A DNA stretch of 63,316 bases, filler included, from Choristocarpus tenellus KU-1152 (taxonomy: Eukaryota; Protista; Phaeophyceae): NCBI GenBank assembly GCA_964200185.2. It is 9 parts of 9 records of this genome, joined end to end, with 100 filler letters (N's around TTAATTAATTAA, not from the genome) between each part and the next. Parts side by side here need not be neighbours in the genome. Positions count along the whole stretch, not along the records: positions 47,319 to 63,316 come from CAXNAD020000892.1; 8 more parts are not named here. One strand, given 5' to 3'. How positions within the stretch are numbered: the stretch's first letter is position 1; every line of letters begins with the position of its first letter. The notes under the pieces were generated by a model that had not been told where the DNA came from, ran no database searches, and saw only the letters and a program-made list of their open reading frames with translations. Positions 47,321 to 62,300 of this stretch are shown here, one piece after another. Position numbers and translations under genes: made by a program.

Positions 47321-50300
47321 CCGCATCTCCCGATACCTCCTCCTCATTCCTTTGACGATGTGGGAGGGGGTGGGGCGGAGGGATCAACTGCGGGGGGCAT
47401 GATGGGCGGTGTGTCGCCCACGAGCCACATACCAACAGCTGAGACGGTGCAACACCCACAAGGTGCACCACCCTCAGAGGTTGACGCGGGGGAGCGGAGG
47501 CTGAAGCAGAACGGTACCTCAGATCATGTGGAGATAGAGGTAAGGATAGTATACTGGATCACATTTATGATGTAAGCGGGGTGTGGAAAGCTGTGTGTAT
47601 GTGACTCTTGGTAAGGATGACTTGTGCTACGATACGTTTGATCGGGGTTAGTGTTGACCCCCACCACAAACCAGATAAGCAGATGTCAAGCTAAGTATTT
47701 AATTGCCCATCGATCTTCTCCGAGAAAGTTCCTCCACAACAGACCAAGGTGTCGGTTCCATGGTGCCCTCCTTCCGTCCTTATTTTCGCGCCACATACAT
47801 CTCTTAGCCTTTGTTTTCCACTTTCCTCCTTTATCCCCTAGAGAGTGAACAGCCTCATCACTCATAACGTTGCTTCGCGGCCCCTTTCTCTTTGTAGGGT
47901 AGTAGGTGCAGTAAATATTGAGGGTGGTAAGGGCACTATGACACCCCTTCTCTTAAGGCCATGTCTGAATGAGCATCTTAGAGGGGTGTGTGTTCATCCC
48001 AGGTTGTCCATTCGGGGCTTGATGGAGTGTTGTACCCCAGATTGTTGCCCTTGTTACGAGTGATTTTCCTTTGGGTTTGGTTCAGGCAGGGGGATGAAAA
48101 ATGGATGGTGCGTTCAGATGAGGGAAATTGCCCTTACATCTGACACGTTCACTTAAATGAAATGAAAATCACTACAGGTTCACACCCGCCGCGAATGGAC
48201 ACCTAACCCCTCCTCTAGGATACTATGGGCCTGTCTTCACTGTGCCCGTTTGGATGACAAACCTATAAAATATATCCCAAGTCTAACTTTACCCTACCCA
48301 ATTTTCTCCCTCCTGGTCTTCCTCACCAAACCTGGTGTGATATGACGCTACCAGCAGTCTGGTCATCAGCATCAAGTACAGACCCAGTCTGTCTCACCTT
48401 CCCAGCATGCCCATGCAGTGTGGGCGCACCATGCTATTCACCCACAGGGAAATAATCTTTCAATGACAGCAGCACGAGGGGATGGGGAGGGCTCTAGCAT
48501 AGATGTGGAGGATCTTGCAGGGGGTTTAGAAAAGCTGGAGTTGGAGGTGCAAGGCGATGAACGGCAAGAACAGGTCTGTCTCTTAGTGCTTGTTGAGTAT
48601 AGAATCATGTCCCTGGCACGGTTTGTATAAGGACAGAGGTGCAGCACACATCCTCACTTGTAACAATTTTAGCAGATCTGAGTTATGGCAGGAGAGGTTT
48701 CATCATTACCTCCTGCATTCCTTTGCATACTGTCTTTTTTTCTGTTGCCCAACAGCAGGCTGGCCCCTCACACGCACAAAGAACTAGCCCTTACCCTGGG
48801 CCCACTTATCCCAACCCTTCTCTATCATGGTTGCCACCACATGGGCACTGATTTCTACCCTTGACACTTGGTGTGCCTCCCCCAGAACATTCACTCCCAG
48901 GACCAAGATGACCGAGATACACGGGAACACATACCCAAGTTTGGGCTGAAGATTCTTGTGCCAGGGGCTATGGCGGGCTGTCTTATTGGAAAGGTATGTT
49001 TTGGTGATGTCAAAATTACTCTTACATTGCACATCCTGAAATTGCTGTGGCGATGTTTTTATTTACGTTTAATACTATTAATAGTGACAACTCCTGCCAT
49101 TGATATTCCTCAAGTTTGTGGACTCATTTGTAATATTGTTTCTTTCATTTGTTTGATGGCATCAAAGAGTGTAGGATCTTGTTAAAAGTAAATGCTTATA
49201 CTCTTTCCTACTCTTATCTACGTGGACTGTGATCTGAAAGGTAGCTCAAGAAGTGGGAGAATACAACAATTACAACAAAAATCCACATATTAAGAGGTGG
49301 ATCAGTATAAACTCGACACAACCATTAGATTTATATTTCGGTGTTGTACTTCTTGAAATGCAATTTAATGAACGAAGTTAACAGAGTTCCCCCCCCCAAT
49401 TTTCGGGGGATTTGAGTTCATGGGATTGGCTTCTAATTTAGTTGGGATATTGTGAATGATAAAGTTGGATAAATAGGAAAAAGGTTATTTGGGGCATATG
49501 GAAGGTATTTGCTCAGTGTGACATGTAGGCAACTCTATTATGGCAAGTGTGGCTGTAACATGTTCTATACCTCTCCGCTTGCCATATCTTATTGCAAAGA
49601 GTTGCCATCATAGTGTAGAGATGGTGGGTGCTTGTGTGCAATGAGAAGAATCAAGTGTCAATGAACCAATTGTGAGGCCCGAGTGCAGAATGTGGTACAT
49701 GAACCCTTCACTGTTTTTCCAGTGTTTCTGGATGTGTAGTCAGGTTGTTCTGAATTTGACCCGAGTGTGTGCACAATGCACACAGTACTGGTTGAATATG
49801 AACCCTTCAAAGTTGGTCGAATAGTACTGCAAAGTAAAGCCTAGCTATTTGGCAGATTTACATCCGTCACCACCTTGTGCATGAGTTACTTCTCGTTTTT
49901 TCATCAGTTGTACTGCTGCAGCAAGCACATGCCATTGATGTTCTTGCACGTTCTTATTGCATGTTTGTTGCAACCACCCCCAAACTCTGGTGAGGTCTGC
50001 CATCCTGCTGAGGTTTGAGATTTTTGAGCGCACAGATGCCAACAAATGTATGCTTTTCCTCATACACTCTAGTGGTATCTAGTGATAATATCAGCTATCA
50101 ACAACTTCACTTCTAGCGACAGCTACAGCTATTTTTTTTTATGGCATCTGTACTTATCCTGCCCATTTGGTTAAGAAGGGGAATGAGAGATGTGCTTCCC
50201 TGGTATACCAATATATGTGTGTGCAGAGCACTGTGGTCAGGGTGTATATTTCTGTCCAATTTTGCAGCGTGCAGAAAATTACCAGGGTATTTCATTGGGC

Positions 50301-53300
50301 AGGAAAGACGTCAATACTCTGGGTCTGCAGGTCGATAATCTGGTCATCAAGTCCTGGTCTAGGTCGTGATGGATGTGTGAAAGATCTGGTCTGTTGGTCA
50401 ACCCAGTTTGAAATGTTTCAGATCCAATCCTGGGCTGTCTGGTATGTTTATCCCCTATGGCTTGTTGTGAAGAAGAGCCATTAGGGCTTGTCAGATAAGA
50501 TCATTTGGGTAAATTGGACTTGTGAGCTTACAGTTTAAATTTTCTCCAGCTCCTGTCTGGTGATCATGTTCAGTCGGTTTATATCCTTGATTAAATCATT
50601 CGAAGCAGTAATGAAAGTGAGAGATTCAGCGATGTAAGCACGACTGCTCTTCAGGCACCATCATCCTTCCTCGTCCCTGAATATTGAGCCTACCACATTA
50701 TCCTACACTAGGTGATGTAACTCGTTGCTTAAACAGGTCTGTTCCTAGGTTGTCTACTATTTCTATGGTAGGTTCCAGGTTTGGACTGTTCTCCAGTCTG
50801 GCCTGTGACTCATTACCAGATCGTGACCCTGTTAAGCCCATCTGGTCTTGTCGATGATTGTTTGCAACATCTTGCTGTACTCACTGGCCTGACCCACGTT
50901 GGGTGATGGGTGAACGTACACTAATCCGCTATCTAGGTGCACTATGATTACTTGTACTGTTTCCATGCATGTCTTGGTATTTGCGCCTTGGGTTCAGCAA
51001 TCCCTGGTCACCACCCCCTCCTCCCTTGCATCTTGCTTACTCGCCTGGTGGCTAGCTCCGTATGCAGGACTGCAGGTCCAGTACTGGTGTACAATCCGTT
51101 GTATTTGCCACGTGTGCTATTGCTAGTAGGTTTTCCTGAAGAGAAATATTGTTTAGATCCGAGTTGAACCCACACACTATGAAGAAGGGCTGGATTGAGG
51201 CCCTGACTCATGAGGATGCCATGTAACGAATTGGAAAATATCAATTTTGGATGTGTGGGTGTGACTGAAAGGCTTTCTAAATTCTTTGTTTGTACCCTTA
51301 TGTGCTTGGTTTCTACCCTTCATATTCCAACCATGCCCAACTTTGCTCATTACAGGTCTGGTTTCTGAATTTGGAATATCTAAAGGCAGTAAAATTGTAT
51401 CTATAATCTTCGTATTTGGCCAGGATGGTCTTGCTGTGTGCAATGTTTGTGAAAGGTCTGATGCTAACTGTCGGAGGTTTGTGAGAGGTCAAGCAAGCAG
51501 TTGGTTCAGAGTAAGACGTTCCCTATGGTCGGGTCCTGGGGCAGTAAGCCTTACTAAACTCTGTTCTGGTCCATGGGTTTGGATATATTTTGGGTTGCCT
51601 GGTCCCAGGCCGTCAGTTATTTGCATGGGAGCCAGCCGGAGGTCTTAGACCAAACTGTGGTCATGTTTACTGCTGCCTAGCCCAATGATAGACCCTGAAA
51701 CAATGTGTATGTGCTGCAGATGATCTCCTGGCGACGAAATGGGCTGTCAGTTATTGAGATACCACTGTACGACTACGGCATAATTGCTCAGGGTAGTTGA
51801 TGCAGAATTGGTGAGTTGGTGTGGCCTAGCCTCCCATGTAGTATCAACTTTAATGTCAGGTTCGTCTCCTATGTTCTTAATGTGATGGAACAGCATGTTT
51901 TCTATATCGAAGCCCCATGCATTCTAGACTCTGCTAGGACAAAAGTGAGCCCTGCTGTTTTTCCCGATAGTCCAAGGTTGGTAACAAGTTTGGATATTGC
52001 CTGATCTTGTGCCATGTGCATAGTGATACCCAGGATAAGAGTATGGGTAGCGTTGTCTGATGTTGCTTTGTCCTCTCCACCATGGCCACTCCAAGAAGCC
52101 TCGATGGGAGGTATGGGTGGACAACAAGGATACTTGTTGGTAGCAAAATTGACCTTTTTAGAGTGTTAAACTTAACAAGGATGGAGTTAGTGAGACCTGG
52201 TGGCCCCTTACCACCGAGTGTACACAGTGGTTCTGATAACTACATGAATCCTTCCAGAGGTTGCGCGCGAGCATGACCTTGGCTTCCCTGGCAATGTACA
52301 GGGTGGGCTCCATCCCCAAGGCTAATTCTGTAGTTCTGAAGTAGTTGTGCCGGTCTTGTTGTTGTGCGACCTTTTGACGATAGTCACAGGAGTTTCCAGA
52401 CACATGTGGTCCTTGGCATTTTACGAACCTCTTTCTTGGAGTACAACAAATTGGCAAGCAACATTGTTCGCTGGAGCTGTGCTTGGAAACGAGGCTAAAC
52501 ATATGGTGTGGTAGCTTGGGTGAGGTTGAGTTGGGGAGGACACGTGAGCCAAACTTCTTTAGGTCATGCATCTGCCCAAAATCAACACTATCCACCAGGT
52601 CCCTTGATCTTGTTTTGAGTTTATATTACCTGCGATATAAGCTAATCACGCAACGAAGCTTCCCCTATTGTCATTTGTGTGTGCGAAAACATTCACCAGG
52701 TCCATCAATTTCGTTTGGGGTCGCTATTTCCCACTTGTCCAAACCACACGAGCAAAGAGCTTTTCCTATCATTGTGCTTATGTGCGAGTACAAATTTACC
52801 AACCTGGTTATTGTCAATTTCGTTTGGGATTGCTCGTCCATGCAAAAAACTCTGTGGACAAAATTATGTGCTTCACTTTAGTCCGCAATTGTTAATATTA
52901 TCAATCGCATTAGGCTGGAGGATTCCAGATTCCAGATTTGTAATGGAAAGTCTGAAAATGCACTCCAAACAAGGCAAGCGGCAGTTAACACTGCTACTTG
53001 GGATAAAACAACGAGGGTCATTAAGAGAGAAAAGCGAAGCAGTGAAAGAAAAAAGAAAAAGAGGAAAGAACAAGAACAAGAACTTGCAGATGTACAAAGC
53101 ACTACTGTCCAAAGAATTTAAAGGGGAAGAGAAGAAAACAATGAATGCAAAAATATTAAGTTAAGAGAATACAAAAATAAACATCTTCAACCGACAGTAT
53201 GGTGTTAATGACTTGGGTGACCTCGGCTGCTGCCATATCATGGTGTACGTTAGTTATTGCAACTTCCTTGAATTGCCAATCTGCAATGGAGGTTGTTTTG

Positions 53301-56300
53301 CTGACTGTCATGGACTCGTACCACTTCTTTTGGTTTATTGATGGCGTATCCACCTGCTCTTCTCCTGGCACCTTGCTTCTATTTTCAGCTGCAAGCACCC
53401 CGGACATCAACACCTTGGGAAGTGTTTGTTTAAGCACAGTTGCCTTCATACTGTCAGACAGGCCTCACAAGGCCATCTCATGGTGGGTGCGTTGATGTGT
53501 GGAGATTCCAATATAACGTAGGAGGAATTCGTGATGAGAGCAAAGGTTCAAATAATAGCTGTGGTGGAAAGTCTAATTCAGACAACCATATAACAGAACT
53601 TCAAGCACCTTAGCCTTGGGCATTCAACTCTTTAGTTTAGGTGATACAACTGAGATCCTGTCACAAACACCTGGCTCTATGAATGAAAAGTATTCCAAAT
53701 TATCTGAATCTTTCGACTAATCTCTGCTGTGTAGGCGGCTTTGTCAATGATGCACACAGCACTTAGTTTGGGTGTCCATATATTCGTATGTATAAGGAGG
53801 TTGCGCTCAAGACAACCCACCATATTTTGGAATATCATCTCAATAATTTGCGGAGTATCACTAAAAATGTTTTTTGGATCTTCCAAGAAAGTGTGAACAG
53901 TGCAGGGCCTGAGCTGGCCTGGTGTAGATAATTTGTAAGTATTTGTCCGGGGACAAACGAAGTTATACAGTCTGGTCAAGTCTGTGAGTTTCTCGACTCA
54001 AAACATTTCGACAGGGCTGGTTCAAGGTCATCAGCTTTCTGTATCCCATAGTAACAATTTTCAGGATATTTCCTGTATTTTGATCAATCCCTAAATGACA
54101 TTGAATCATGGTTGATTTCAAAACACGTTTTGAAGGGCTTCAAACCAGGCTGTCTGCAGTCTGGTTCCTTGATTTTTTCTGCAGGCCCAGCTTGGTTCCG
54201 TTATTATGAGATAGGCTACCTGTGGCGAACATTTCAAAAGCAATATATTCTTTGGGTTAACCCAGAAAATAATCTTGTTTATATTTTATTGCATGAAACT
54301 GCTACGATTAGAGATCCAGGAAGGGGGAAGAAAATTTTGGTGCAATATAAAATCTTTAAATTCACCACAATGAAGTATTGCACAAAAGAGCCCAGCATAT
54401 CAATCTCTTTGCTCCGAAAGTCCGTTTGACTGTACCATCAGATTTTGCCCTGAAATTCACTTCAGTACGCGCAACAAAGTGTCGGTTCAGCATTTTATTC
54501 AACTAAGTGCATCTTTACATGTACATTTTCGTCTTATATCCTTCAAAGTACTGATTTGGTGCAATGTTCCACTTTGCAAGAACTATCATAATGCAATTAT
54601 CCAACGGAGTGAGGGATAAGTAGTTGAACTTGGATCTGCTTTGAAAAAGGTATCTAAGAGTAGAAAATGTTGGAACTCAAATTGTGTGTCCCCTTTCTAC
54701 TTTCTACACTATAGAATTGAATATGGAATATTGTCTTCGGCACATAGTACAGAATGATTCTTCTGAACATTATTGAAGTGTACAATAGATATTTGCTGAG
54801 AACCAGTCTTATCCTTTCAAAATATATTTTGCCAGTGCAGCCCAGTTCCGCAAATATTCCTATGGCTGTGGCCTGGTCCTATACACATCATTATTGCTGT
54901 GCTTCCCCATGGCCAGGCTCCGCGAAATTCCCCATGACCCTGGTCTTAACCCTTTAATATAGATATTGCCAACCTTGCTCGTGGACTGGTCCTGTCACAC
55001 CTACCCGTCCCAGTGTAAGCCCCTGAATTTTTTGACAGCTCACATAGTGGGAATTCACACCGAAGTTATGGGAATTTAAGCAGTAGTTCTTTGAATGGAC
55101 TTGCATGTCTAAATCTGGAGTGTTGAACAGAAGTTCTTTGGGGGGGTGTAGACTGCCCGAATCCGTTACAGTCCCAAGTCTGTGCCGTTTCAGGGGTCAC
55201 AATACCGGGGCTAGATTTAACATAACATATTGCAGTCTAAGTAAAGGTTCCCCCATAGTGCATAGTCTGGATCCAGTCATTGGTCCTACTAAGTACGGTG
55301 TTGTGTCTGTATTATGAATTTGCATGACAAAGTGTAAGTTGTGATGATATCACCAGCCTAAAAACCAAGGTTTGGAGGATTCGACTGCAAGTTGTTATGA
55401 TCAGGAGTTAGTGCTCAAATATTTTGCACCTGAAGATGTGACCACATTACTCTCTGTGGGACGTGTTGTATGATCTTCATCACTCACACCCATTGTTGGG
55501 TTTGAACCCTGCAGAAAGTGTACCGCAGGGAGGGTCAACCATGAGCAGGGTTCATTGCAACAGTTGATGAATTCTATTGAGGGTGTTACAGGGTGAACTC
55601 TGCACAGGATTTTCCAGTGTGTAGCCACGCTGTGTGCATCGTGTAGTGTTTCCCACAGGGCTGTGTTGGGTCCCATGATGCACTCTTGACAGGATGCATA
55701 GTGTGTTGGAGCCCTTTGAAGGGTGTCTTACAGGGTCCTTGGTGTTATTTTTTTTTAACTTGTAGCAACAGACCTCATTTTGGGGTGGTATCGTATTTGT
55801 AGAGTTTTCAATGAATCGAGATGGTGAGGCGAGAAAAGCATTAAGAAACCCTCTTCTGAAGTGCTACCCCCCTCGAAATTAAAAAGAAACTAGTAGAGTA
55901 CCCACCACAGGGTGCATGCACATGTTGATGAATATTCTCCTGAGGGCGAAGAGTGGAAAACATCAATACTTCAACCCCCATCTTTTTCGGAAATGCACCA
56001 TGCGATTTCAAACCTTACAACAACATACCACCAGGAAAGTGCACCTTAATATGGCAGAAATCTTCAGATAGGGGCAACATGCAATAGTGTAAGTTTTATT
56101 GTTGGATTCGAAGTCAGAAGTTTGATCTTGACTCTAGTACCACAGGAACGGGTGAGGGCATCCCCTTGACGTGCTTGAGACAGGTTTTTGTCTTTTTCGT
56201 CCTGGGCGGTTTAAAGGTGTTAATATGAACCATCTTATCCAATAGAAATGAACACAACTTGCACAGCATGCTTGGTTGTACGATGATGGCTCAGAGTTAG

Positions 56301-59300
56301 AAGAGATTTATTTAAACTCCCAAAAGCGCTACCCAAATCCCAGGGAGGTGAGAGGTGCATGAATCCACAACCAAGAAGCACAGTAGTGTTGATACTTCAA
56401 GACTGACACGTTTTGATCTTTCCTGGTGCAGTACCCTTCTACAACACTCTACCACAATCGAAGTATCTTAGGTTTCAAAATCCCCTTTAAATTTCATTCC
56501 CAAAATGCGCCAGTGTTTTGGTTAAGGAAAATGAGGGAAATGGAAGGATGTATTATATACAGTAGATTTCTTTGACTGAAGTGTCAAACTGTGTGTATAT
56601 ATGCCTCTGAGAGGACCATGCTTCTGAGTCAGTTTCTGCCAAGCTATTCTATGGAGATGTGATGTTGTGACAAAAAAAATTCTTTCAATTAGAGGTATTT
56701 TGTATTGAGTACTTCAAAGTACGGAATATTGTAGATGGTACTTGATGGGTTATATATAACCCAACATGGGGCCTAAGTAGCTAAGTCCAGCAGATTTTGC
56801 ATCTGGTCTGCTCAATAGGGTTCATATCTTCCCGAAGTGACCATCAGGTTGGTCACTTGATGGAGATACAAGTACCGACCAAGTCGCAAAGTCAACCATG
56901 CCAATACCTACTTGCTTGCAGAACGAAGCATCGCCATGAGTTGCTGAAAGGGTGTTTGTGTCATCACTTGGCCTTACAACATCAGTATAGGGTTCAAATC
57001 AACTTCCTTACGCTCTGCCCTAACAGGGGTGTAGTTAAGTGTGTGAAGTACTGGCAAGAAGTTGTCGAAAACCTATGTGGAATTTTAGTGTGCATTGACG
57101 TTGAAATCAGGCTCTGTGTGAATTGGACGTAATATTTTATTGATTTTTCTATTCAATTTCACCATAGTCTTTCTTGCTGGCCTCACCAACAGTGTGTGAT
57201 ATCTCAGAATGGAATGTGATGTAACAAGGATTTCACTTATACATACTGTGCAGCTGAGGACCACAAAATGATGCCCAATTTTGTCATGAACGACAAAAAG
57301 ATGAAGGACTTAAGCACACACGGGCTACAGATATGCTCAAAACCCACAGTATGCGCACTCTTAGGCAACATTTTAGTGCAGTGTTGACATTTGGTTTGAT
57401 ATCATTGTGTTGCTGTGTTTCATAGTATTCAAGTGGCCGTAATATTTTACCTCAGGGAACGGGGCTGGGTTCAAACTCCACAAACTACGATCCTGGTAGC
57501 TGAAGTGGTTAGTAGAGGGTGCTCCCTGCTTGAATTTAATGGTTTCAAAAACACCAACGAAAGATATCTTCTCGTGAAAATCTGGAATAGATTTTGCAAA
57601 GGCCACATGGCAAGCACTATGGATTGTACATTTGTATTTCCTATTTGTTATGCCACAAAAATGCTGGAGACCCCAAAAGGTTTGGCTTCCTTGCCAGGCA
57701 ATACTGAGGTGAATCCAGGTCAAGATTTCGGGGAGGAGATGGAGCGATGAATGTTGGGTTGACTGAACCCAACGCGAGAGAAGCAAGGCAAAATGAAAGC
57801 AGTAGAACTAGGCACCTAGTTTGATTGTTCCAGTAGATAGTTCCTGTAGTCTGGTGTGCAGTGCCTATTACCACAGCTTAGGGAAGTCCCCAGGTCAAAC
57901 TGAAGAAAACATATCACCGTTTATGAGGTTGTGTGATATTGCTGTATGTTTCATATACTCTGCACCCTATACGCAGGTTTAAATATGTGCACTGTAGATT
58001 GTGGATCAGGTAGATGTGTGGGGAATGGGGCGTTGAATATGAGGAAGGTAGTGACTCTGTTGACTCTCCCATCCATTCTATGGAAGATATTTACTATATT
58101 TGTAGGTGAGATGTACAGGGAGATGGTTTTTAGGAATCATACAAGAAGGGATTCCATAACAAGGGTTGATATTTATGTGGTACTTATTTCTGCCACAAGC
58201 AGGGTCGAAGAACCATTTATACATCTGTGAGAAAAATTGGACTCAGTAAATGAAGTATGCATAATATCTATTTAAAGGACAGTATGCAAGGAAGCAGGAA
58301 AATGTCAAGGTTAGATTGAAGGGTCAACAAGAAACGGATGGGTGAGTGAAGAAAAGGAAAACATAGGGTATCAGGGATACTACAATACCACATGGAACGT
58401 CAAATCTACACATCAGCACTGTACTTTAGTATTAGCAGTGGTAATTTATCTTCTTTTTGCACGATCCTCGTGCTCACCTTGTTTCACACAGCTAGTATAC
58501 TTGCTCTACCAGAACGTTCTGTGACAAAGCTGTGTCCACTTTTCCTTGGTCTAAAATCTGGTGGTAGTTCCATGGTGTTGGCCATCCTCCTCCCCATATC
58601 AATCATGCTACAATGTGTCTGCACGGATAAAAAATGAAGATTCGCATCAAAGTTTGTCCCCAATATATTTCGGAAGTTGGTCTGTAGGTTTTTCATCTTT
58701 CCTGACACTATGATAGTATGTTACCGTTGAGGTGATTATCAGAGAATCCGTGTGCCTCAGTAGTTAACGGAAGCTTTTCTCTGCATGAATTTCGCAGGTT
58801 GGAACTCAATCCATCCGAGAGTCCATTTTTTGGAAATCTGATTTCATTATGTCCTAGTCCACGTTGGAAGGTCTACGGATTGTACACTCATGCTCTATCC
58901 TGTCGGTATGCCACGAAAACACCGGATCAAGAATGAGGTGGCAAGGCTTCATTGACAAGCCATACTGAAGCAGGTCGAGCACAAGATTCGAGGCAAGAGG
59001 AGGATGAAATAGTCCACATAAATGTGGGTTCATCTCCAGCGGATGATAGAACCAGATACTAACAATATTGGTGCTGACAGTACGAAACTGCCTTATATAC
59101 CTAGGAAGTTCGTACTTCAAAGTAGGTGGGCCTGACCAGGAGCTTTTAATGTGGACATGGGACAATTCCTCAATATATTACATTACCAATCCCCTACTTC
59201 ACCACTCCTTGACGATAACTACATGATGCATGGCCACAGTCTTGCTTTCAAGCACAATATTACATTGGTGTACTCTTTATGAAGAATGAAATTTGTTTTT

Positions 59301-62300
59301 TTACTCTTCGAACCAAACATGAACATGGAAAGCTCACGTGGCAGTGAAGTGTGTGATTTCATAAAGTGATCCTGCTGCCAACACCAAACCTTTCACCTAC
59401 TCCTGCCTCTAAATCTCACCACTCTACCAACGCCACTTGTATATTGCTGCAGGGTGGATGCATTATCAACCAATTGCAGACAGCAACTGCCACACGCATC
59501 AAACTTAGTCAAAAGAGTGAGTTTTTTCCTGGTACACAAGATCGTGTCGGCCTCATACATGGAGAACCAGCAGGTGTTGCAGGAGCTGTGGCGCATATGC
59601 TGAGAAGGCTGAGGGAGGTAGGTGTTTATTATTTTGAATAAACATATGTGTATGGAAATTATTGATCTGTTGCAGTTTGTACTACTCAAGACATTCATAT
59701 TAAAGTCCAACCCATGTCCGAGGAAGACCATTTTCACATGCTGCTTTACTTCACAATATCCAAGTATTTTGAGTAAATTGTATATATTTGGTTGTGGACC
59801 TCGAAAATCTTGCACTTGAGCAGGCAAAAGCGTTTGATATTGTTCTGACGCAACAATGGAGTGAAGAAAGTTGTAGGAATGTTAGTGACTGTGACTCAGG
59901 CATTGTCCGATACCTGGCAAGAGAGGGTTCCCAAGGTGCTAGCATAGGTGTAGATGCAGTACAGATGAAAATTGGAAAAGATAATCGAAATTGAAGTTTC
60001 CATAACAAATCTAAGATCTTTTCCTATATCCTGTCCTTGTAGGTCATGATGACCAGATTTGCATCAAGATTATTAGATTTAGGGCCATAAATTAATTCTC
60101 ACACGGGTAGTACAATTGTTTTGGACTTTTAACTGTTTTGTATTGTGGACATCAAGAAGTGCTGTGACATTTGTGTCATTCAAAGATGTCGTAGCCTGTC
60201 TGCCAGGTGCTTAACTTCGCTTGAATCCTCCTACTTGCCTTCTCATCAGACTGGGCGTCAGGATATGCACGCTGCAGCCCAGCGCTACCAGGGAGAAGAG
60301 GGTGGTGTTGGGGTAGGGCTGGGGAGGGGGGGAGACAGGTTCATTGGTAGGTTTCCCACAACACTGAGGATGCTCATCCCACTGTCAGCAGGTATGTGTA
60401 GTGTAGGAGCTGTCCTTGGATCTTGTAAAAGTGTGGGAAGGAATGACTACAGTAGGTTGAATTTGTGCAGGTCGATCAGGTTCCCAACGGACAATTCCAT
60501 ACTTGTTGCAACAACAGGCCATCATACATTTGTATGGTATCTTAAATGTGCACTTGCTTTCAAGTATGGTAGGACTATGAATCTGTTGGAAGTTTGTGTG
60601 ATGGTTTGCAGGCAAGTGCTGAAGACCAGGACCTGCTCATGCCTGTTGAGTTATGACCTTGGCCCCTACGAAATCATCTCAAGCTTTAGTCCTCCACGTA
60701 GCTGTTGTCAGGGTAGAGGAACGCAATGAGCAGTCATGATTCCTTGCCAACGCATTTTGCAACCCTTTGCAGGAGGGCTGATCGTGGGGAAGGGAGGCGA
60801 GAACATCAAGTCCATTGCTACCAGCACTGGTACGTTAGTGTTTCTGCCAGGTGTTTGTTTTAGTAGGAAACTGTAAAGAAGTCTTTTGCTACATCTGCCA
60901 ATGTCACATGAAGAGGCAGGTTTGAATCACGCCCAATGGAAGTACTGGTGACAGGTTGAACTATTGTGTTCCTTGTAATGCATTCCTCATCTCGTAGTTT
61001 CTCTGTGCCCTTAACTCACCCTACTCATAGTCATTGATGTCCCATTAACTCTGTTTTGATGCCATCCCAATGGAACACAGCTGGGGGCTTATGATTCTGA
61101 AGAACAAATGTGAATGTTTCCCTCATGTCTTTGGTGTTTGTACCTCTCCTAACATCATCTTGTTGTAGGGGCGCGTGTAAACCTTGCAGGGAAAGATGCT
61201 GATGTCGCAGGGGTGCCTTATGAGCGGGTATGCTGCGTCCAGGTCAGGCACTATTGACTAAATTCAGTTTATTCGACTGCAAGTAATGCTAGTCTTGACT
61301 CAACGTGAGCTAGGAGTTTGCACGAGAAAATGTGTGCTTGAATTGTGAGGGTATGACTTCTAACAACTATTGCTGAATATGATGTATTGCAAGCTGCAGA
61401 GGCTTGATGTAGTGAACCTTTCCTATTTGAGTAGAGAATAATTTTTGAGGAGAAATGGGTAGTGTTTCAGCTATTATGATGCAGCTTCGTTGCCAGCCCT
61501 CTTCTCACAACCATAGTCTAAATTTGGAGTCTTTGATCTCTGTGTGGGTATGCTGTCAAGGTGACCAAGGAAGATCAATAGTAAAGAGTGTATTAAGACT
61601 ACTGATCCTATGGACCCATTCATTTGTCTCCTGAAGAGTTGTTGCACATAGCTAATGCTCTTTGTTTGTGTGTACTCCGTGCTCAAATTGACGTGTGGTA
61701 CTCCAGGGTGATCTGGAGTCTGTAATCCGTGCAGTGGCCATGGTAGTAGCCAAGCTTGCAGAAGACCGTGGTCTCTCCAAGTATCAGGTAGAAATGTGGC
61801 AGGACACATGCACCATTTTTTTATTGTTTCAAGACGTTCGTGAAGGGGGAAAGTTGAGGGTACTACCGTACAAATGCTGCAGATTACTACAACGAGTATG
61901 TGTTTGCTTTTCTTTTGGTGTTGCATGTGTTGAATGTTTTTATTTTTATTCAACATGAGGCATCAGGTATCCTTTTTGCCGTCAAGAGTATGTGTTATTC
62001 TTGTGAGTGGGCATATTTTTGATGACCTCTTAACATGCTTTAAACAGTTTAGCAGATATTGAACCAACTTGTAAGGATAGTCATAGTACAAGGTCTGGCT
62101 TGATCCGAGAATAAGTACATGACTCAGGACCAGGTTCATGTTGATGTCTTCTAGACCGGCTCTGAAATGTTACGTCTGTTTGACCCTCATTGCCAAAGTA
62201 TCTGAATGTGTACCATTTTGTGATAAGAAGATGGTTGATGTTGCTAAAACTATCAGCATTTTTAAAATCTTAAGGGTTAAAGTGTGGTTTGCCTATTATC

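Noticed and set aside
47575-47740. GCGGGG-TGTGGAAAGC as a second copy of the LTR at 6337
   Set aside because: The match is limited to about 10 nt and I could not extend it or define the other end.
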